A model generated the notes under the pieces. That model ran no database searches. It was not told the origin of the DNA and worked only from the letters and a program-made list of their open reading frames with translations. Positions 1 to 9,537 of a stretch of DNA of 64,000 nt are shown in pieces (the stretch's first letter is position 1; each line of letters begins with the position of its first letter). Made by a program: the position numbers and the translations under genes. This DNA is from Bacteroidia bacterium (GTDB taxonomy: Bacteria > Bacteroidota > Bacteroidia > J057): positions 182,642 through 246,641 of the forward strand of contig JAWPMV010000004.1 in the NCBI GenBank assembly GCA_033391075.1, given 5' to 3'.

Positions 1-1679
1 TCAGCATCCGAACAAGAGAAGGGAATTTGAATAAATTTCACTTTAGCGGAGCCATTACTCCTTTTGTGTCTCGCTACTCTATAGAAACTCCTATTAGAAA
101 GAAAAAGAGCTCTATTTTTCTCACCACAAGGCAATCTAATTTCGATTGGATATACCAGAGAAATAATCCTCAACTCAAAGTAAAGTTTCAGGATTTTCAC
201 CTGAAATGGAATCGACGACTTAATGATAAAAATCGCCTTTACTTTACCACGATTTCCAGTTCGGATATTTCCCAAAACTTCAGCAATGAAATCGGATCGC
301 GCATTGGCGTTTTTCGGAATAACTTTGCAGCGACCTTTCGATGGAACCACCTGTACAATGCCAAGCTCTTCTCCAATATCATTATCAATTCCGGTACTTA
401 TTCAAATCGCTTATTGATTGACCCTAATACCTGGAAGTCCGAATTGGGCATGTTGGGATTTAAAATAGATTTCACCCATTACAAACGACAAAATTTCACG
501 GAGAAATTCGGCATGGAACTGCAGGGCTATTTTACAAATCCGGGTAGCCTTTCATTGGATTCCTCTTTATCCATTATTCCCAATCTAAATCCGAATTATT
601 CCCGAAAGAATGTTCTCTATTATCAAGGAGACTGGAAGATTAAAAAGAAATGGCGCCTACAGGCAGGAGTAAGGCTGATCAATTTTGCCAGAGGAGGCCC
701 TGATGTCTATTACAATTTCGACCAAAATTATAGGGTAGAAGATACTGTTGCGCATGGCCGTGGGATTTATAATCGATATGTAAACCTGGATCCTAGACTC
801 AGTGTGCGCTATCAGGTAGATGAAAGTTCTCAATTGAAATTGAGTTTCGGCAATTATCATCAATATCTACAATTGATTTCCAATTCCATTTCACCCTTTA
901 CCTCCCTGGAAATCTGGGCGCCTGCCGGACCTAACATTTTCCCCCAAAGTTCTCAGCAATGGTCCCTCGGCTATCTTAAATTTTTCAAAGAAGCCCGTAT
1001 GGAAATTAGTGCTGCGGCTTACCACAAAAAGATGCGCGGGCAAGTCGATTACGAGCCGCATGCAACGGTTTATTTGAATCCTTTATTTGAAGGGGAATTA
1101 CGATTTGGCGAGACACGTTCTTATGGCATTGAATTCTTGCTGAAGAAAGATTTTGGCAGGCTAAATGGTTGGCTATCCTACACCTATTCTCGTAGTTTCA
1201 GAAGGACGCTTGGAATAAATAATAGCCTGGAGTATCCAGCTGTTCAGGATAGGCCCCATGATTTTTCTGTTTTTGTCAACTATCAGATGTCTGATCGAAT
1301 CCTGGCAAGTGCATACTGGACGACTTATAGTGGAGCGACCTTTAGCTCACCTACTGCCTATCTCAATTTCAATGATCAACCTGTTCCCATTTTCGGAGAA
1401 AGGAACAATGATCGCCTACCTACCTACAATCGCATGGATATATCTTTCCGCCTTCGCCTGAATAAAGATGTGAGCCGGAAATACCAACATAGTCTTGCAG
1501 TATCTATTTACAATGTATTGGGACATGTCAATCCATTCATCATTCAATTCAATAAGATACCGGACGGTAATCTTAGCCATGTAGTAAAAACGAATGTCCT
1601 CTCTGAGGTTCCGGTCCATCCCAGTCAGTTTAGTCTGGGGCGATTTTTACCATCTGTGAGCTATCGATTCAAATTGTAA
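1..1679 (+). CDS. TonB-dependent receptor, C-terminal beta-barrel part (5' end cut by window edge)
   Basis: The frame is open from nt 3 with no upstream stop, so the track start at 27 (TTG) is artificial. The sequence is long and strand-like with alternating aromatic/hydrophobic residues, and ends ...SVSYRFKL, as in TBDR barrels. A DUF4249-type lipoprotein, the usual partner, starts 4 nt downstream. Confidence 0.8.
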   Translation, partial: SIRTREGNLNKFHFSGAITPFVSRYSIETPIRKKKSSIFLTTRQSNFDWIYQRNNPQLKVKFQDFHLKWNRRLNDKNRLYFTTISSSDISQNFSNEIGSRIGVFRNNFAATFRWNHLYNAKLFSNIIINSGTYSNRLLIDPNTWKSELGMLGFKIDFTHYKRQNFTEKFGMELQGYFTNPGSLSLDSSLSIIPNLNPNYSRKNVLYYQGDWKIKKKWRLQAGVRLINFARGGPDVYYNFDQNYRVEDTVAHGRGIYNRYVNLDPRLSVRYQVDESSQLKLSFGNYHQYLQLISNSISPFTSLEIWAPAGPNIFPQSSQQWSLGYLKFFKEARMEISAAAYHKKMRGQVDYEPHATVYLNPLFEGELRFGETRSYGIEFLLKKDFGRLNGWLSYTYSRSFRRTLGINNSLEYPAVQDRPHDFSVFVNYQMSDRILASAYWTTYSGATFSSPTAYLNFNDQPVPIFGERNNDRLPTYNRMDISFRLRLNKDVSRKYQHSLAVSIYNVLGHVNPFIIQFNKIPDGNLSHVVKTNVLSEVPVHPSQFSLGRFLPSVSYRFKL

Positions 1680-1682
1680 ATC

Positions 1683-2489
1683 ATGAAACTTTCAATAACA
1701 TATTGTTGCTTGCTATGCCTGACTTTCTTTGCCTGTGAAGAGTATCGAGAGTGGGAACTAGAGACTTCAGAGGAAAGCTATCTCGTAGTAGAAGCGATCC
1801 TTACGGACGAAAATATTCGACAGGAAATCAAGCTCTCTCAAAGTTTCCCGGATATCAATGGCGCTGTTCCAGCAGTTACAGATGCTGAAATTCTGGTAGA
1901 AGTAAATGGGGTGCAATATACTTTCTCCCACAATGATACAGAGCCGGGAAGCTACCTGAGTGATCAGAGCTTTGAAATAATCAATAACTTGATTTATAGC
2001 CTGGAGATAAAGTGGCAAGGAGAACGATATGCTGCTCAAAGTGAGTTATCCAATGTGAGTCCCATTCCGACTTTTAGTTTTGAAGAAAATGGGGATGTTG
2101 ATAGCCTGGTTTTCTCTCGATTCATTCATGTCTTCAATCCCAGTCAGCAGGCTATGTATGAAATGGATATCGACTGGTCCCATTTAAGCAATGAGGAAAA
2201 TACTCATGCGATTCAGTATTTCTACACCTTCAATTCCGTTCATATCGGTCAATTGGTTTTCCCTCGTCGGGAGCAAGTCCGTTTTCCCAGAGGAAGTATT
2301 GTGGAAGTCAAAAAGTTTGGGCTGAATGATGATTTTGCTGAATTCCTGCGAGCGATGGCATTAGAAACAGAGTGGAGTGGGTATGTGTACTATGCTACTC
2401 CCGACAATATTCCAGGAAATATCAGCAATGGAGCTTTGGGATTTTTCAGTACCTGTGCCGTTTTACGAGACACCCTGATCGCTGAATAA
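1683..2489 (+). CDS. DUF4249-family lipoprotein (TonB-receptor-associated)
   Basis: Lipoprotein signal (CLLCLTFFAC). The YLVVEAILTDE...QEIKLSQSF...TDAEILVEVNG...EPGSYLSD pattern is typical of DUF4249. The gene lies directly after a non-SusC TBDR. Confidence 0.7.
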   Translation: MKLSITYCCLLCLTFFACEEYREWELETSEESYLVVEAILTDENIRQEIKLSQSFPDINGAVPAVTDAEILVEVNGVQYTFSHNDTEPGSYLSDQSFEIINNLIYSLEIKWQGERYAAQSELSNVSPIPTFSFEENGDVDSLVFSRFIHVFNPSQQAMYEMDIDWSHLSNEENTHAIQYFYTFNSVHIGQLVFPRREQVRFPRGSIVEVKKFGLNDDFAEFLRAMALETEWSGYVYYATPDNIPGNISNGALGFFSTCAVLRDTLIAE

Positions 2490-2512
2490 GATTTTTTTTG
2501 CCTTTTTCGAGA

Positions 2513-2550
2513 CCGGACACTTTCTCTAAGTGTCTGGTTTTCTGTCTTTT
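2513..2550 (+). terminator. Rho-independent terminator after the TBDR/DUF4249 pair
   Basis: Stem CCGGACAC (2513-2520) / GTGTCTGG (2530-2537) with one G-U pair and a 9-nt loop, followed by TTTTCTGTCTTTT. Confidence 0.6.
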
Positions 2551-2692
2551 ATCCTTGTGGTGAAAAATAATTTCAAAAAAATTGAAAAAAAATAAGGGTC
2601 GGACTAAGGGTAGGAATATGATCCTGGGTATTAAAGGCAAAGAGCATAAAAAGACGCTCACTCTTTTACACATAAACACAAAAGAATCTGTT

Positions 2693-3538
2693 ATGAAAAA
2701 GTTATCAAGCTTATTGCTTCTTATCCTTGCCCTCGCTTTTTTCTCTGCTTGTGAAGAGAACGTACCTGTTCCTCCTATCGCCGAAACCGAAGCTCCTGAT
2801 TTACCCGTAGCTGAAATGTACACCATGCCTTTTGATGAGGTAACCGAAACCGAAACAGATACGGTTACTAATCAAACCATGAACGTTAGCTATCGTAACT
2901 GGGCCTTTGCAGGAATCAACCTCCTGGTTTGGAACACAGCTGTAGTCATCAATGTAAGTGTTCCTTTGGCTGCTGTAGGCGCCGCATTCAATGAAAGACC
3001 TGTTCATTTAGGTGGGGGTGTATGGGAATGGTCCTATGTATATACTGCACCACCAGCCTTAGGGGGAAAAACCTATGATGTAGTCTTAACGGGAGAATAT
3101 GTCCTTGGTGCTACTGAAGTAGAATGGACAATGACTACTTCGCAAAGAGGAGGATTCAGCAATTTCGAATGGATCACAGCAGTAACCAAAGTTGACGGTT
3201 CTGAGGCTGACTTTACCATCAATCACCGTCCCAACAATCCTCAATCCTACCTCATGATTGAGTATGACAAAGATTTGGGAAGTGTCCTGCATCAAATCCG
3301 CTATACCAATGTAAATCCATCCAGCAATTCTACCGGAGGCTATGTAGAATATAGAGCAACATCAAATAGCCCTTTCAACAGAGAGTTCGAAGTAGGAGCC
3401 GGCCCTGTTAATCCGACCAACATCCTTGAGATCCAGTGGAACGAACCCAATGGAAACGGACGGGTTAGAAACGAACAACATTACAATGACACAGATTGGC
3501 ATTGTTGGGATACGCTTCTGCGCGACACCAGCTGCTAG
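2693..3538 (+). CDS. hypothetical lipoprotein
   Basis: The internal ATG at 2693 gives a clean lipoprotein signal (MKKLSSLLLLILALAFFSACEEN). The track start at 2582 adds a basic, unstructured leader. No recognisable catalytic motif. Confidence 0.6.
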   Translation: MKKLSSLLLLILALAFFSACEENVPVPPIAETEAPDLPVAEMYTMPFDEVTETETDTVTNQTMNVSYRNWAFAGINLLVWNTAVVINVSVPLAAVGAAFNERPVHLGGGVWEWSYVYTAPPALGGKTYDVVLTGEYVLGATEVEWTMTTSQRGGFSNFEWITAVTKVDGSEADFTINHRPNNPQSYLMIEYDKDLGSVLHQIRYTNVNPSSNSTGGYVEYRATSNSPFNREFEVGAGPVNPTNILEIQWNEPNGNGRVRNEQHYNDTDWHCWDTLLRDTSC

Positions 3539-3567
3539 TAAGATTCAATTCTTGGAATCAAAACGAT

Positions 3568-3600
3568 GCGTCATGGCCAGCCGGTCATGGCGCTTTCTTT
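3568..3600. terminator. hairpin between convergent genes (putative bidirectional terminator)
   Basis: GCGTCATGGCC (3568-3578) pairs with GGTCATGGCGC (3583-3593), 11 bp including 2 G-U pairs, 4-nt loop, then TTTCTTT. Confidence 0.45.
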
Positions 3601-4255
3601 ATGGTAATAGGAAAAATGGCGCAGTTTCAGCTTCGTAGATTTCTCCAGTTGAAAGTTCCATAATGACTTTCAGCTTTAGTTCGGGGTTTAATTCAGGAGC
3701 TTTGGTCAGCGCAAGGAGCATGTCTTCACTTTCGATTTTCCCTTCGCTATTATTTAGAAAATCTTCTAAGGTAGAACTGTCTAATCCCAGAAAATTGCCC
3801 TGATATTGGAGTAGATCATTTATGTCATCATTGGCTTTGTGGTCCTCATCGAAATCATTGAGGGTAAGTACCTGAAAATTGACGAAGGTTTCTCTTTTAG
3901 AACCTCTGGGACCGGGTACACAGGTACAGGCGTATGCCGTATTCATGAGCGAGAAAGACCAATTGCTTTTGGCAGGTTTTTCCAGGCTTGCATGATATTC
4001 CACCTGATAATCGACATAAATTCCACCAAATTGGGCAAAACTCAGGGTATCAAGGGCATTAACTAACGTCCCTTCTGAAAAATTTTCATAGGCATCCACC
4101 TGCAAACCATTTATGTCAAAATATGCATAGCGTTCACAATTACAGGGGGAAATCTGAGGGCCTCCGGTAAATTCACAACTAGGAACCATAAATCCCACAC
4201 CCAAAAGAAAAGTAAAGAATATATAAGGGACTATCCGTTTGACTCGAGAAATCAT
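3599..4255 (-). CDS. hypothetical secreted/lipoprotein
   Basis: N-terminal hydrophobic signal followed by Cys (FMVPSCEF). Good coding appearance, no recognisable family. Confidence 0.55.
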   Translation of the reverse strand: MISRVKRIVPYIFFTFLLGVGFMVPSCEFTGGPQISPCNCERYAYFDINGLQVDAYENFSEGTLVNALDTLSFAQFGGIYVDYQVEYHASLEKPAKSNWSFSLMNTAYACTCVPGPRGSKRETFVNFQVLTLNDFDEDHKANDDINDLLQYQGNFLGLDSSTLEDFLNNSEGKIESEDMLLALTKAPELNPELKLKVIMELSTGEIYEAETAPFFLLP

Positions 4256-4383
4256 ATTTGTAGTGCTTTTTTATTCTTAACGCGGAATCTTGCCAAAGCG
4301 CTGCAAATCCCTTCATGCAACCCATTCAAAACTTTCTCAGACTATCCTGAGAAAGCTTCACACGTCAAACGGAAAATCTCAGC

Positions 4384-5577
4384 ATGAAAAATTTTGCCTT
4401 ACTTATTGTTTTCATTTTTAGCCTCCTTTTTCCTCAACCTAAAGGGGCAATTCTGGAAGAAGCCTCTCTGGAAATCGCTTTTTATCCTACAAATCAGATT
4501 TACCCCTACTCTTTAAAAGGCCCAGGGACACCGGCTGAACTTTACTCCCTGCTCCTTCAGAATATTGCCATAAAAAATCCTCGGAAAGAAAGCTATCAAA
4601 TAAGCTCCCTGGAATTACTAGCAAAAAAGGAAGGGGAAATTCTTCTGAGAAAGGGCCTCTTGAAAGAAGATCTGGAGGCGAAAGCCAAGGTCTTTGCCCA
4701 ATATCAGGAATTGGGCTATCTCGATCTTTATGATTTTCAGTTCCAAACCAAAAATCTCCTGGAAGGATTTAAGCTTTCTACGGATTTAGAATTGGCTTCA
4801 AATGAAGCCCTTTTGATTACGAAACAAGCTCTGGTTTTGGATATGGAGGTAGATGAAGTAGGCATCGAAATTAGTTTTTCGGATTCGCAAGGGAATAAAT
4901 TCTCTAGCTTTTCCAGTCTTAAGGTGGAAAAGTATCAATCGCCCAATAGTTACCACTTTCCTCTGAAAGGCAGTTGGTTTGTTGGGGGAGCACCTAATTT
5001 GCATAGCCATCATCGTTGGGGAATCATACAGGAATTTGCCTATGATTTTGTTCAGCTAGGGGAGGGGACCCAGGACCACATTGGGGACGGAAGTAAATTG
5101 GAAGACTATTTTTGCTATGGAAAGGCGGTCATGAGTATAGGGAAAGGAAAAGTGGTGGGTGTTCGCGATGGAGATGAGGAATCTGATGAAAATTTGCGAC
5201 AAGCCAATGAGAGTATAGAAGCCTGGACACAAAGAAGTATGCAAAGACAGCAAGCCTTACTCGCGAAGGGCTTTGAAGGAGTATTGGGAAATTATGTAGT
5301 CATTGAGCATGAAGGAGGAGAGTATTCCTATTACCTCCATTTACAAAAGAATAGCATTGAAGTGAAAGTAGGAGATCTGCTGGAAAGAGGAGCGCAAATT
5401 GGAAGAGTAGGGCATAGTGGAAATAGCGAGGCTCCGCATTTACATTTTCATTTGGCGAATGGGGCCGATCCTGCCAACAGCCGCAGCCTTCCTATCCATT
5501 TTGAGAATATCGAAAGCTGGCCAGAGGGTGCACATGCTGATGCCATTCAATATGGACACATTATCAAGAGCCTGTAG
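4384..5577 (+). CDS. M23 family metallopeptidase (LytM-type)
   Basis: Signal peptide. C-terminal domain has GNYVVIEHEGGEYSYYLHL and GHSGNSEAPHLHFHL (the HxH motif), plus an upstream HHRWG...YDF segment (HxxxD-like). Confidence 0.85.
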   Translation: MKNFALLIVFIFSLLFPQPKGAILEEASLEIAFYPTNQIYPYSLKGPGTPAELYSLLLQNIAIKNPRKESYQISSLELLAKKEGEILLRKGLLKEDLEAKAKVFAQYQELGYLDLYDFQFQTKNLLEGFKLSTDLELASNEALLITKQALVLDMEVDEVGIEISFSDSQGNKFSSFSSLKVEKYQSPNSYHFPLKGSWFVGGAPNLHSHHRWGIIQEFAYDFVQLGEGTQDHIGDGSKLEDYFCYGKAVMSIGKGKVVGVRDGDEESDENLRQANESIEAWTQRSMQRQQALLAKGFEGVLGNYVVIEHEGGEYSYYLHLQKNSIEVKVGDLLERGAQIGRVGHSGNSEAPHLHFHLANGADPANSRSLPIHFENIESWPEGAHADAIQYGHIIKSL

Positions 5578-5645
5578 GAGAGGCTAAGCAGAAAATATTG
5601 GTCTATACCAAGATTTTTTACTCCCATACTTCCTTCCTTTGTCCT

Positions 5646-6212
5646 ATGAATCAAGAAGAAATGAAGCATTGGAAGGAGGAAATTCAGTCCCTCAGTAAAG
5701 CCTATGAAAAATTGGCAGGAGAACTAGGCCCTGACCTCATGCATACACGTCCCCATCCCGATCAATGGTCTTTCTCCGAAATACTGGCCCATCTCATAGT
5801 GATCAATGAAAGCTATTATCCTACTTTCAAAGCTTTACAGAACGGCACCTACAAAAGCCCCTTTCTTTCCAAACTCAGTTTTATGGTAAGATTTATGGGT
5901 AAAGAAATCCTGAAATCCGTTCAACCGCAGACAAAAAAGAAAATTAAAACCTTTCCGATCTGGGAACCCATTCATCTGGAAGAGACTCCCGATATATTGA
6001 ATCGTTTTCTCAAGCATCAAGAGGAATTGACTCAAGAATTCGAGGCATGCATTACTTTGTTCCCTCAAAATCCGGTCCTTTACTCTCCCGCTTCAAAAAT
6101 GATCTTTTACCATTTGAGTACAGCTTTCGAAATCATCCTAAGTCATGAAAAACGACATTTGCTTCAAGCACAAAGATTGCTTGAGCAGTTTCAGCAATAT
6201 GTAAAAGCATAG
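5646..6212 (+). CDS. DinB-family (four-helix bundle) protein
   Basis: Has WSFSEILAHLIVINE near the N-terminus and a C-terminal SHEKRHLLQAQRL His motif, typical of DinB_2. ATG at 5646 is preferred over the TTG at 5598. Confidence 0.75.
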   Translation: MNQEEMKHWKEEIQSLSKAYEKLAGELGPDLMHTRPHPDQWSFSEILAHLIVINESYYPTFKALQNGTYKSPFLSKLSFMVRFMGKEILKSVQPQTKKKIKTFPIWEPIHLEETPDILNRFLKHQEELTQEFEACITLFPQNPVLYSPASKMIFYHLSTAFEIILSHEKRHLLQAQRLLEQFQQYVKA

Positions 6213-6222
6213 GGCGAAAGAT

Positions 6223-6240
6223 AAATCACCCATATGGGTA
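6223..6240. promoter_or_regulatory. palindromic candidate operator, copy 1 (AAATCACCCATATGGGTA)
   Basis: Perfect 12-bp palindrome ACCCATATGGGT at 6228-6239, about 40 nt upstream of the likely response regulator start (6276). A 16-nt identical copy lies at 6908-6923. Confidence 0.4.
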
Positions 6241-6275
6241 ATGGCAGCTCAGCACATTTTCTGCTATTTTGGGAT

Positions 6276-6908
6276 ATGGAAAATCCTGAAATCAGTGTGG
6301 CCATCGTTGAAGATGATCCTGAGATTCGTCAGTTATTAAAAATTCTGATTGATGGCTCACCCGGATTTTCCTGTAGTTCGCTATGTGAAACGGGTGAAAA
6401 AGCCCTGGAAGATATTCCCATATCAAAACCCGATGTAGTCCTTATGGACCTCCAATTGCCAGGCATCAATGGGATCAAATGTACCCTCGAACTAAAGGAC
6501 CAACTCCCCAATACCAATATTATTATTCTTACCATACAGGCTGCCGAGGAGGCTCTATTTGACTCTCTATGTGCAGGAGCAACGGGTTATTTGCTGAAAG
6601 ACACCCCGCCCGGGCAGATTTTGCAAGCCATCGAGGATGCCCATAAAGGAGGCTCTCCTATGAGTCCGGCCATTGCTCGTCGGGTAGTCAATTCTTTCCA
6701 CCACCACAAAAAACAATCTCAGCTTAGCGAAAGAGAAACAGAAGTGCTAAAGCTCCTCTGCGAAGGGGAAAATTATAAAAGTATCGCGGACAAATTGTTC
6801 GTTTCCAGCAATACCATCAAAGCCCATATCAAACATATCTACAAGAAGCTCCAGGTCCACACTAGAGCAGAGGCTGTATCCAAAGCCCTCAAGGATCGCC
6901 TCATTTAA
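6276..6908 (+). CDS. response regulator transcription factor, NarL/LuxR family
   Basis: REC domain (VAIVEDDPEIR..., DVVLMDLQLPGINGI, ATGYLLKD) plus a LuxR-type HTH (LSERETEVLKLLCEGENYKSIADKLFVSSNTIKAHIKHIYKKL). Start at MENPEISVAIVEDD is preferred over 6234. Confidence 0.9.
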   Translation: MENPEISVAIVEDDPEIRQLLKILIDGSPGFSCSSLCETGEKALEDIPISKPDVVLMDLQLPGINGIKCTLELKDQLPNTNIIILTIQAAEEALFDSLCAGATGYLLKDTPPGQILQAIEDAHKGGSPMSPAIARRVVNSFHHHKKQSQLSERETEVLKLLCEGENYKSIADKLFVSSNTIKAHIKHIYKKLQVHTRAEAVSKALKDRLI

Positions 6909-6924
6909 AATCACCCATATGGGG
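6908..6924. promoter_or_regulatory. palindromic candidate operator, copy 2 (AAATCACCCATATGGGG)
   Basis: 16/16 identity to 6223-6238 and contains the palindrome CCCATATGGG. It begins at the last base of the response regulator stop codon and lies about 150 nt upstream of the 7070 gene string. Confidence 0.4.
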
Positions 6925-7069
6925 AATTGAAGTCCGTTCCCCTCCCTTCTAATTTTACAAAAGTAGAATTTTATCTGCTCGGGGAATTCCCAAGGCATTA
7001 TGAAGAACGCTAGTCGGCATTCCTGATCAGAATGCCTACATACACCTTATCCAATCTTAACCTTATCCT

Positions 7070-8134
7070 ATGAAATTATTTTCTATCATCATATGCATGG
7101 TTTTTTCGTCCTATTTAGCCATAGGACAGCCCATGATCAATTCATCGGTCATTTTTGATTTGGGAGAATCTTCCGAAGTAGAAATCGTTCAGGATTTCTA
7201 CGCTCCGGGTGCTTCCGGCCCCAATGTAAGCTGGGACTTTAGCAATATTTCTGGCCCCTCTTTTAGATTTGACTGGCGAGCGATCAATCCAGATACCCTG
7301 CCCATTCAGATGCAGGACAGTTTCCCCAATTCGGATTTAAGCTTTTTAACTCCTATTGGCGATACCATAGGCAATTATCTCTTTTACCGGGAAAGCAATG
7401 ACAGCCTTTTCTTATTAGGAGCCGCTTTGACCCGTATTCCGACAGGGGATACGACCTGGTTTATGTTAAACGAAGACCCTCAATTGAGTCTGGCTTTTCC
7501 CATTAGTTATGAAGATGTGCAAACAGATTCTTTTGCAGGTACGAATTGGGTGCAGGTACAAGGAAATCTGTTTATGCAAAAACGACGAGGAAGCATTACC
7601 CATACTGCAGATGCCTATGGAGATATTACTACTCCTTTGGGGACTTTTAACAATGCTTTGCGCATCAAGACAGAAGAAAGGGTTTATGATACCCTTGTCG
7701 TTATGGGATTTCCTGCCTCTACAAGCATCCAGGAAATTACTCGCTATGCCTGGTACGTTGAGGGAGAGAAATACCTCATAATGCAAATGGATAGTATTTC
7801 GACTAGCCCTGGCACCTTGACAAAACAGGCACAATACCGAACGGAGGCCCTCGCGACTGCTATTGATCCTGAAATTCTCAGCAAGATGATTGACTTCCGG
7901 CTTTTTCCTAATCCAGCTAATAAGGCTATACGCTTAAGCTTTCAGTTGCCGCAGAGAGCTCCGGTTCAGATTGAAATTCTGAATATGATGGGGCAGAAAA
8001 TCTTGCTAAAAGAATATGCGGAAATAGCTTCCTTCGAAGATGAACTGAGTATAGATCAACTCCCTCAAGGAAGTTATCTCCTGAGAGTTTTTACCCCTTT
8101 GGGTAGTATTAGTAAACCCCTACTCATTAACTAA
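7070..8134 (+). CDS. secreted protein with T9SS C-terminal sorting domain
   Basis: Signal peptide. The C-terminal ~80 aa (FRLFPNPANKAIRLSFQL...GSYLLRVFT...SKPLLIN) matches the type-A Por/T9SS CTD pattern. Confidence 0.8.
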   Translation: MKLFSIIICMVFSSYLAIGQPMINSSVIFDLGESSEVEIVQDFYAPGASGPNVSWDFSNISGPSFRFDWRAINPDTLPIQMQDSFPNSDLSFLTPIGDTIGNYLFYRESNDSLFLLGAALTRIPTGDTTWFMLNEDPQLSLAFPISYEDVQTDSFAGTNWVQVQGNLFMQKRRGSITHTADAYGDITTPLGTFNNALRIKTEERVYDTLVVMGFPASTSIQEITRYAWYVEGEKYLIMQMDSISTSPGTLTKQAQYRTEALATAIDPEILSKMIDFRLFPNPANKAIRLSFQLPQRAPVQIEILNMMGQKILLKEYAEIASFEDELSIDQLPQGSYLLRVFTPLGSISKPLLIN

Positions 8135-8144
8135 AGCAGCCTCT

Positions 8145-9134
8145 ATGAAAGTCTATATTACTATAGTATACCTCCTCTTACTACTTTCTCCGGGCCTCCT
8201 TGAAGCCCAGGACATAGAGGGAAGCGAGGATCATCCCTTGCTGAGTCGATATCCGGGTTCATATATCAGCTACTTTGAAGAAGTAAAATACAGGGAGTAC
8301 AATTTTGCAAGCGGCCCTGTAACAGGCTATCGTCAAATCAAAGAATCAAGGGTAATAGCAGGATCTTTGAGTCGTCTCACTTATTTCATTGATAAATCTG
8401 TAGAAGAGTTGTCGATAGGAGAAGTCTATCAGGACTATTTGCAGGCTTTGACAAAGGCAAAGATCGATATCCTATCAAAAGGCCTCTTTCCTCAGAGAAA
8501 TGTCAAAAAGGAAGTCGGAGGCATGACGTGGATAGGTTTGGCTTTGGGGAATAATCCCTTCCCAGGAAATACCCGTGCCAATGATATGTTTCGAGGCACC
8601 AGTAGCAGCGGAGGCAGTTTTGCTATCGTAGGGAAAGTGCAAAGAGCGGAAGGAGCTACCTATCTGGTACTTTATGCGAAACGCTTCAGCAAAAATCGGG
8701 TAATCTGTCAGCTGGACGTGATTGAGGCAAAGGAAGCGGAAACAGGTCTGGTAACGGCAGATGCGGCCTATCTTTCCCGAGAGATAGAGCAGTATGGAAA
8801 AGTGGCTCTCTATGGAATCTATTTTGATTTTGATAAGGCCATTGTAAAAGAAGAATCAAAAGCGGCTTTGGATGAAATCGCCAAACTTCTCAGGTCAAAA
8901 TCTGAGCTTAATTTATATGTGGTAGGCCATACCGATATGAAAGGAGAGCTGGAATACAATCTGAGACTTTCTGAAAATCGGGCTCAGGCAGTGATAGAAA
9001 AGCTGGTGGAAGATTATGGCATAAAGCGCGCTCGATTAGAGGCGAAAGGGGTTGGACCTTTGGTTCCCATACTCTCAAATCAAGCCGAAGAAGGAAGAAG
9101 TCAAAACCGACGTGTGGAACTGGTTGAAAAATAA
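8145..9134 (+). CDS. OmpA-family protein (OmpA-like peptidoglycan-binding C-terminal domain)
   Basis: C-terminal IYFDFDKAIVKEES...VVGHTDMKGELEYNLRLSENRAQAV...NRRVELVEK. The N-terminal EGSEDHPLLSRYPGSYI resembles DUF4892-type N-domains (from memory). Confidence 0.85.
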   Translation: MKVYITIVYLLLLLSPGLLEAQDIEGSEDHPLLSRYPGSYISYFEEVKYREYNFASGPVTGYRQIKESRVIAGSLSRLTYFIDKSVEELSIGEVYQDYLQALTKAKIDILSKGLFPQRNVKKEVGGMTWIGLALGNNPFPGNTRANDMFRGTSSSGGSFAIVGKVQRAEGATYLVLYAKRFSKNRVICQLDVIEAKEAETGLVTADAAYLSREIEQYGKVALYGIYFDFDKAIVKEESKAALDEIAKLLRSKSELNLYVVGHTDMKGELEYNLRLSENRAQAVIEKLVEDYGIKRARLEAKGVGPLVPILSNQAEEGRSQNRRVELVEK

Positions 9135-9176
9135 TACATACACAAATCTTATAATCAAATCATTAATTAATTCTCT

Positions 9177-9494
9177 ATGAAGACCCTTAAAAATCTAAGC
9201 ATCTTAGCTTTTTTACTTCTGGCATTTAGTGCAATTTCCTGTAATCAAACCAATAATCCGATTACTTGTAACTATGCGGCAGAACTACAGGATGAGGCAA
9301 CTGCACTCTCCAATGCAGCAGCAGCCTATGGAATGGATCAAAGTTCGGCAAATTGTGAAGCCTACCGCCAGGCCTTTATGGACTATCTGGACGAGGCTGA
9401 AAAACTGGACGATTGCGTGATCAGCTCTGAAAGAGCCGCTTATAGACAAGCCATTGATGATACACAGGCGAGTCTGGATGCCCTGACATGCTAA
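9177..9494 (+). CDS. small Cys-containing lipoprotein, unknown function
   Basis: Lipoprotein signal (LLLAFSAISCNQ), five Cys, helical Ala/Asp/Glu-rich body. Confidence 0.5.
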   Translation: MKTLKNLSILAFLLLAFSAISCNQTNNPITCNYAAELQDEATALSNAAAAYGMDQSSANCEAYRQAFMDYLDEAEKLDDCVISSERAAYRQAIDDTQASLDALTC

Positions 9495-9500
9495 TAAAAA

Positions 9501-9537
9501 GGAGGAAGCCTGTTTAAAATCGGGCTTCCTCTTTCTT
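9501..9537. terminator. hairpin at convergent gene ends (putative bidirectional terminator)
   Basis: GAGGAAGCC (9502-9510) / GGCTTCCTC (9523-9531) followed by TTTCTT. It overlaps the last codons of the minus-strand kinase gene. Confidence 0.5.

Noticed and set aside
2571-2596. A-tract pattern (CAAAAAAATTGAAAAAAAATAAGG) resembling the one at about 60146-60172 (GAAAAAAAAATCAAAAAAAATTC).
   Set aside because: This is low-complexity A-run similarity only, with no extended identity. It is probably promoter-region AT-richness.
2446-2826. 126-aa minus-strand ORF spanning the 2490-2692 intergenic region.
   Set aside because: It runs through the terminator hairpin and A/T tracts and overlaps two plus-strand genes, and it has no motifs.
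6223-6924. Interpretation of the 16-nt direct repeats as target-site duplication or ends of a mobile cassette carrying the response regulator.
   Set aside because: There is no transposase, integrase or terminal inverted repeats beyond the internal palindrome. 16 nt is long for a TSD, and the operator explanation fits the promoter-proximal positions better. This still needs a genome-wide motif search.
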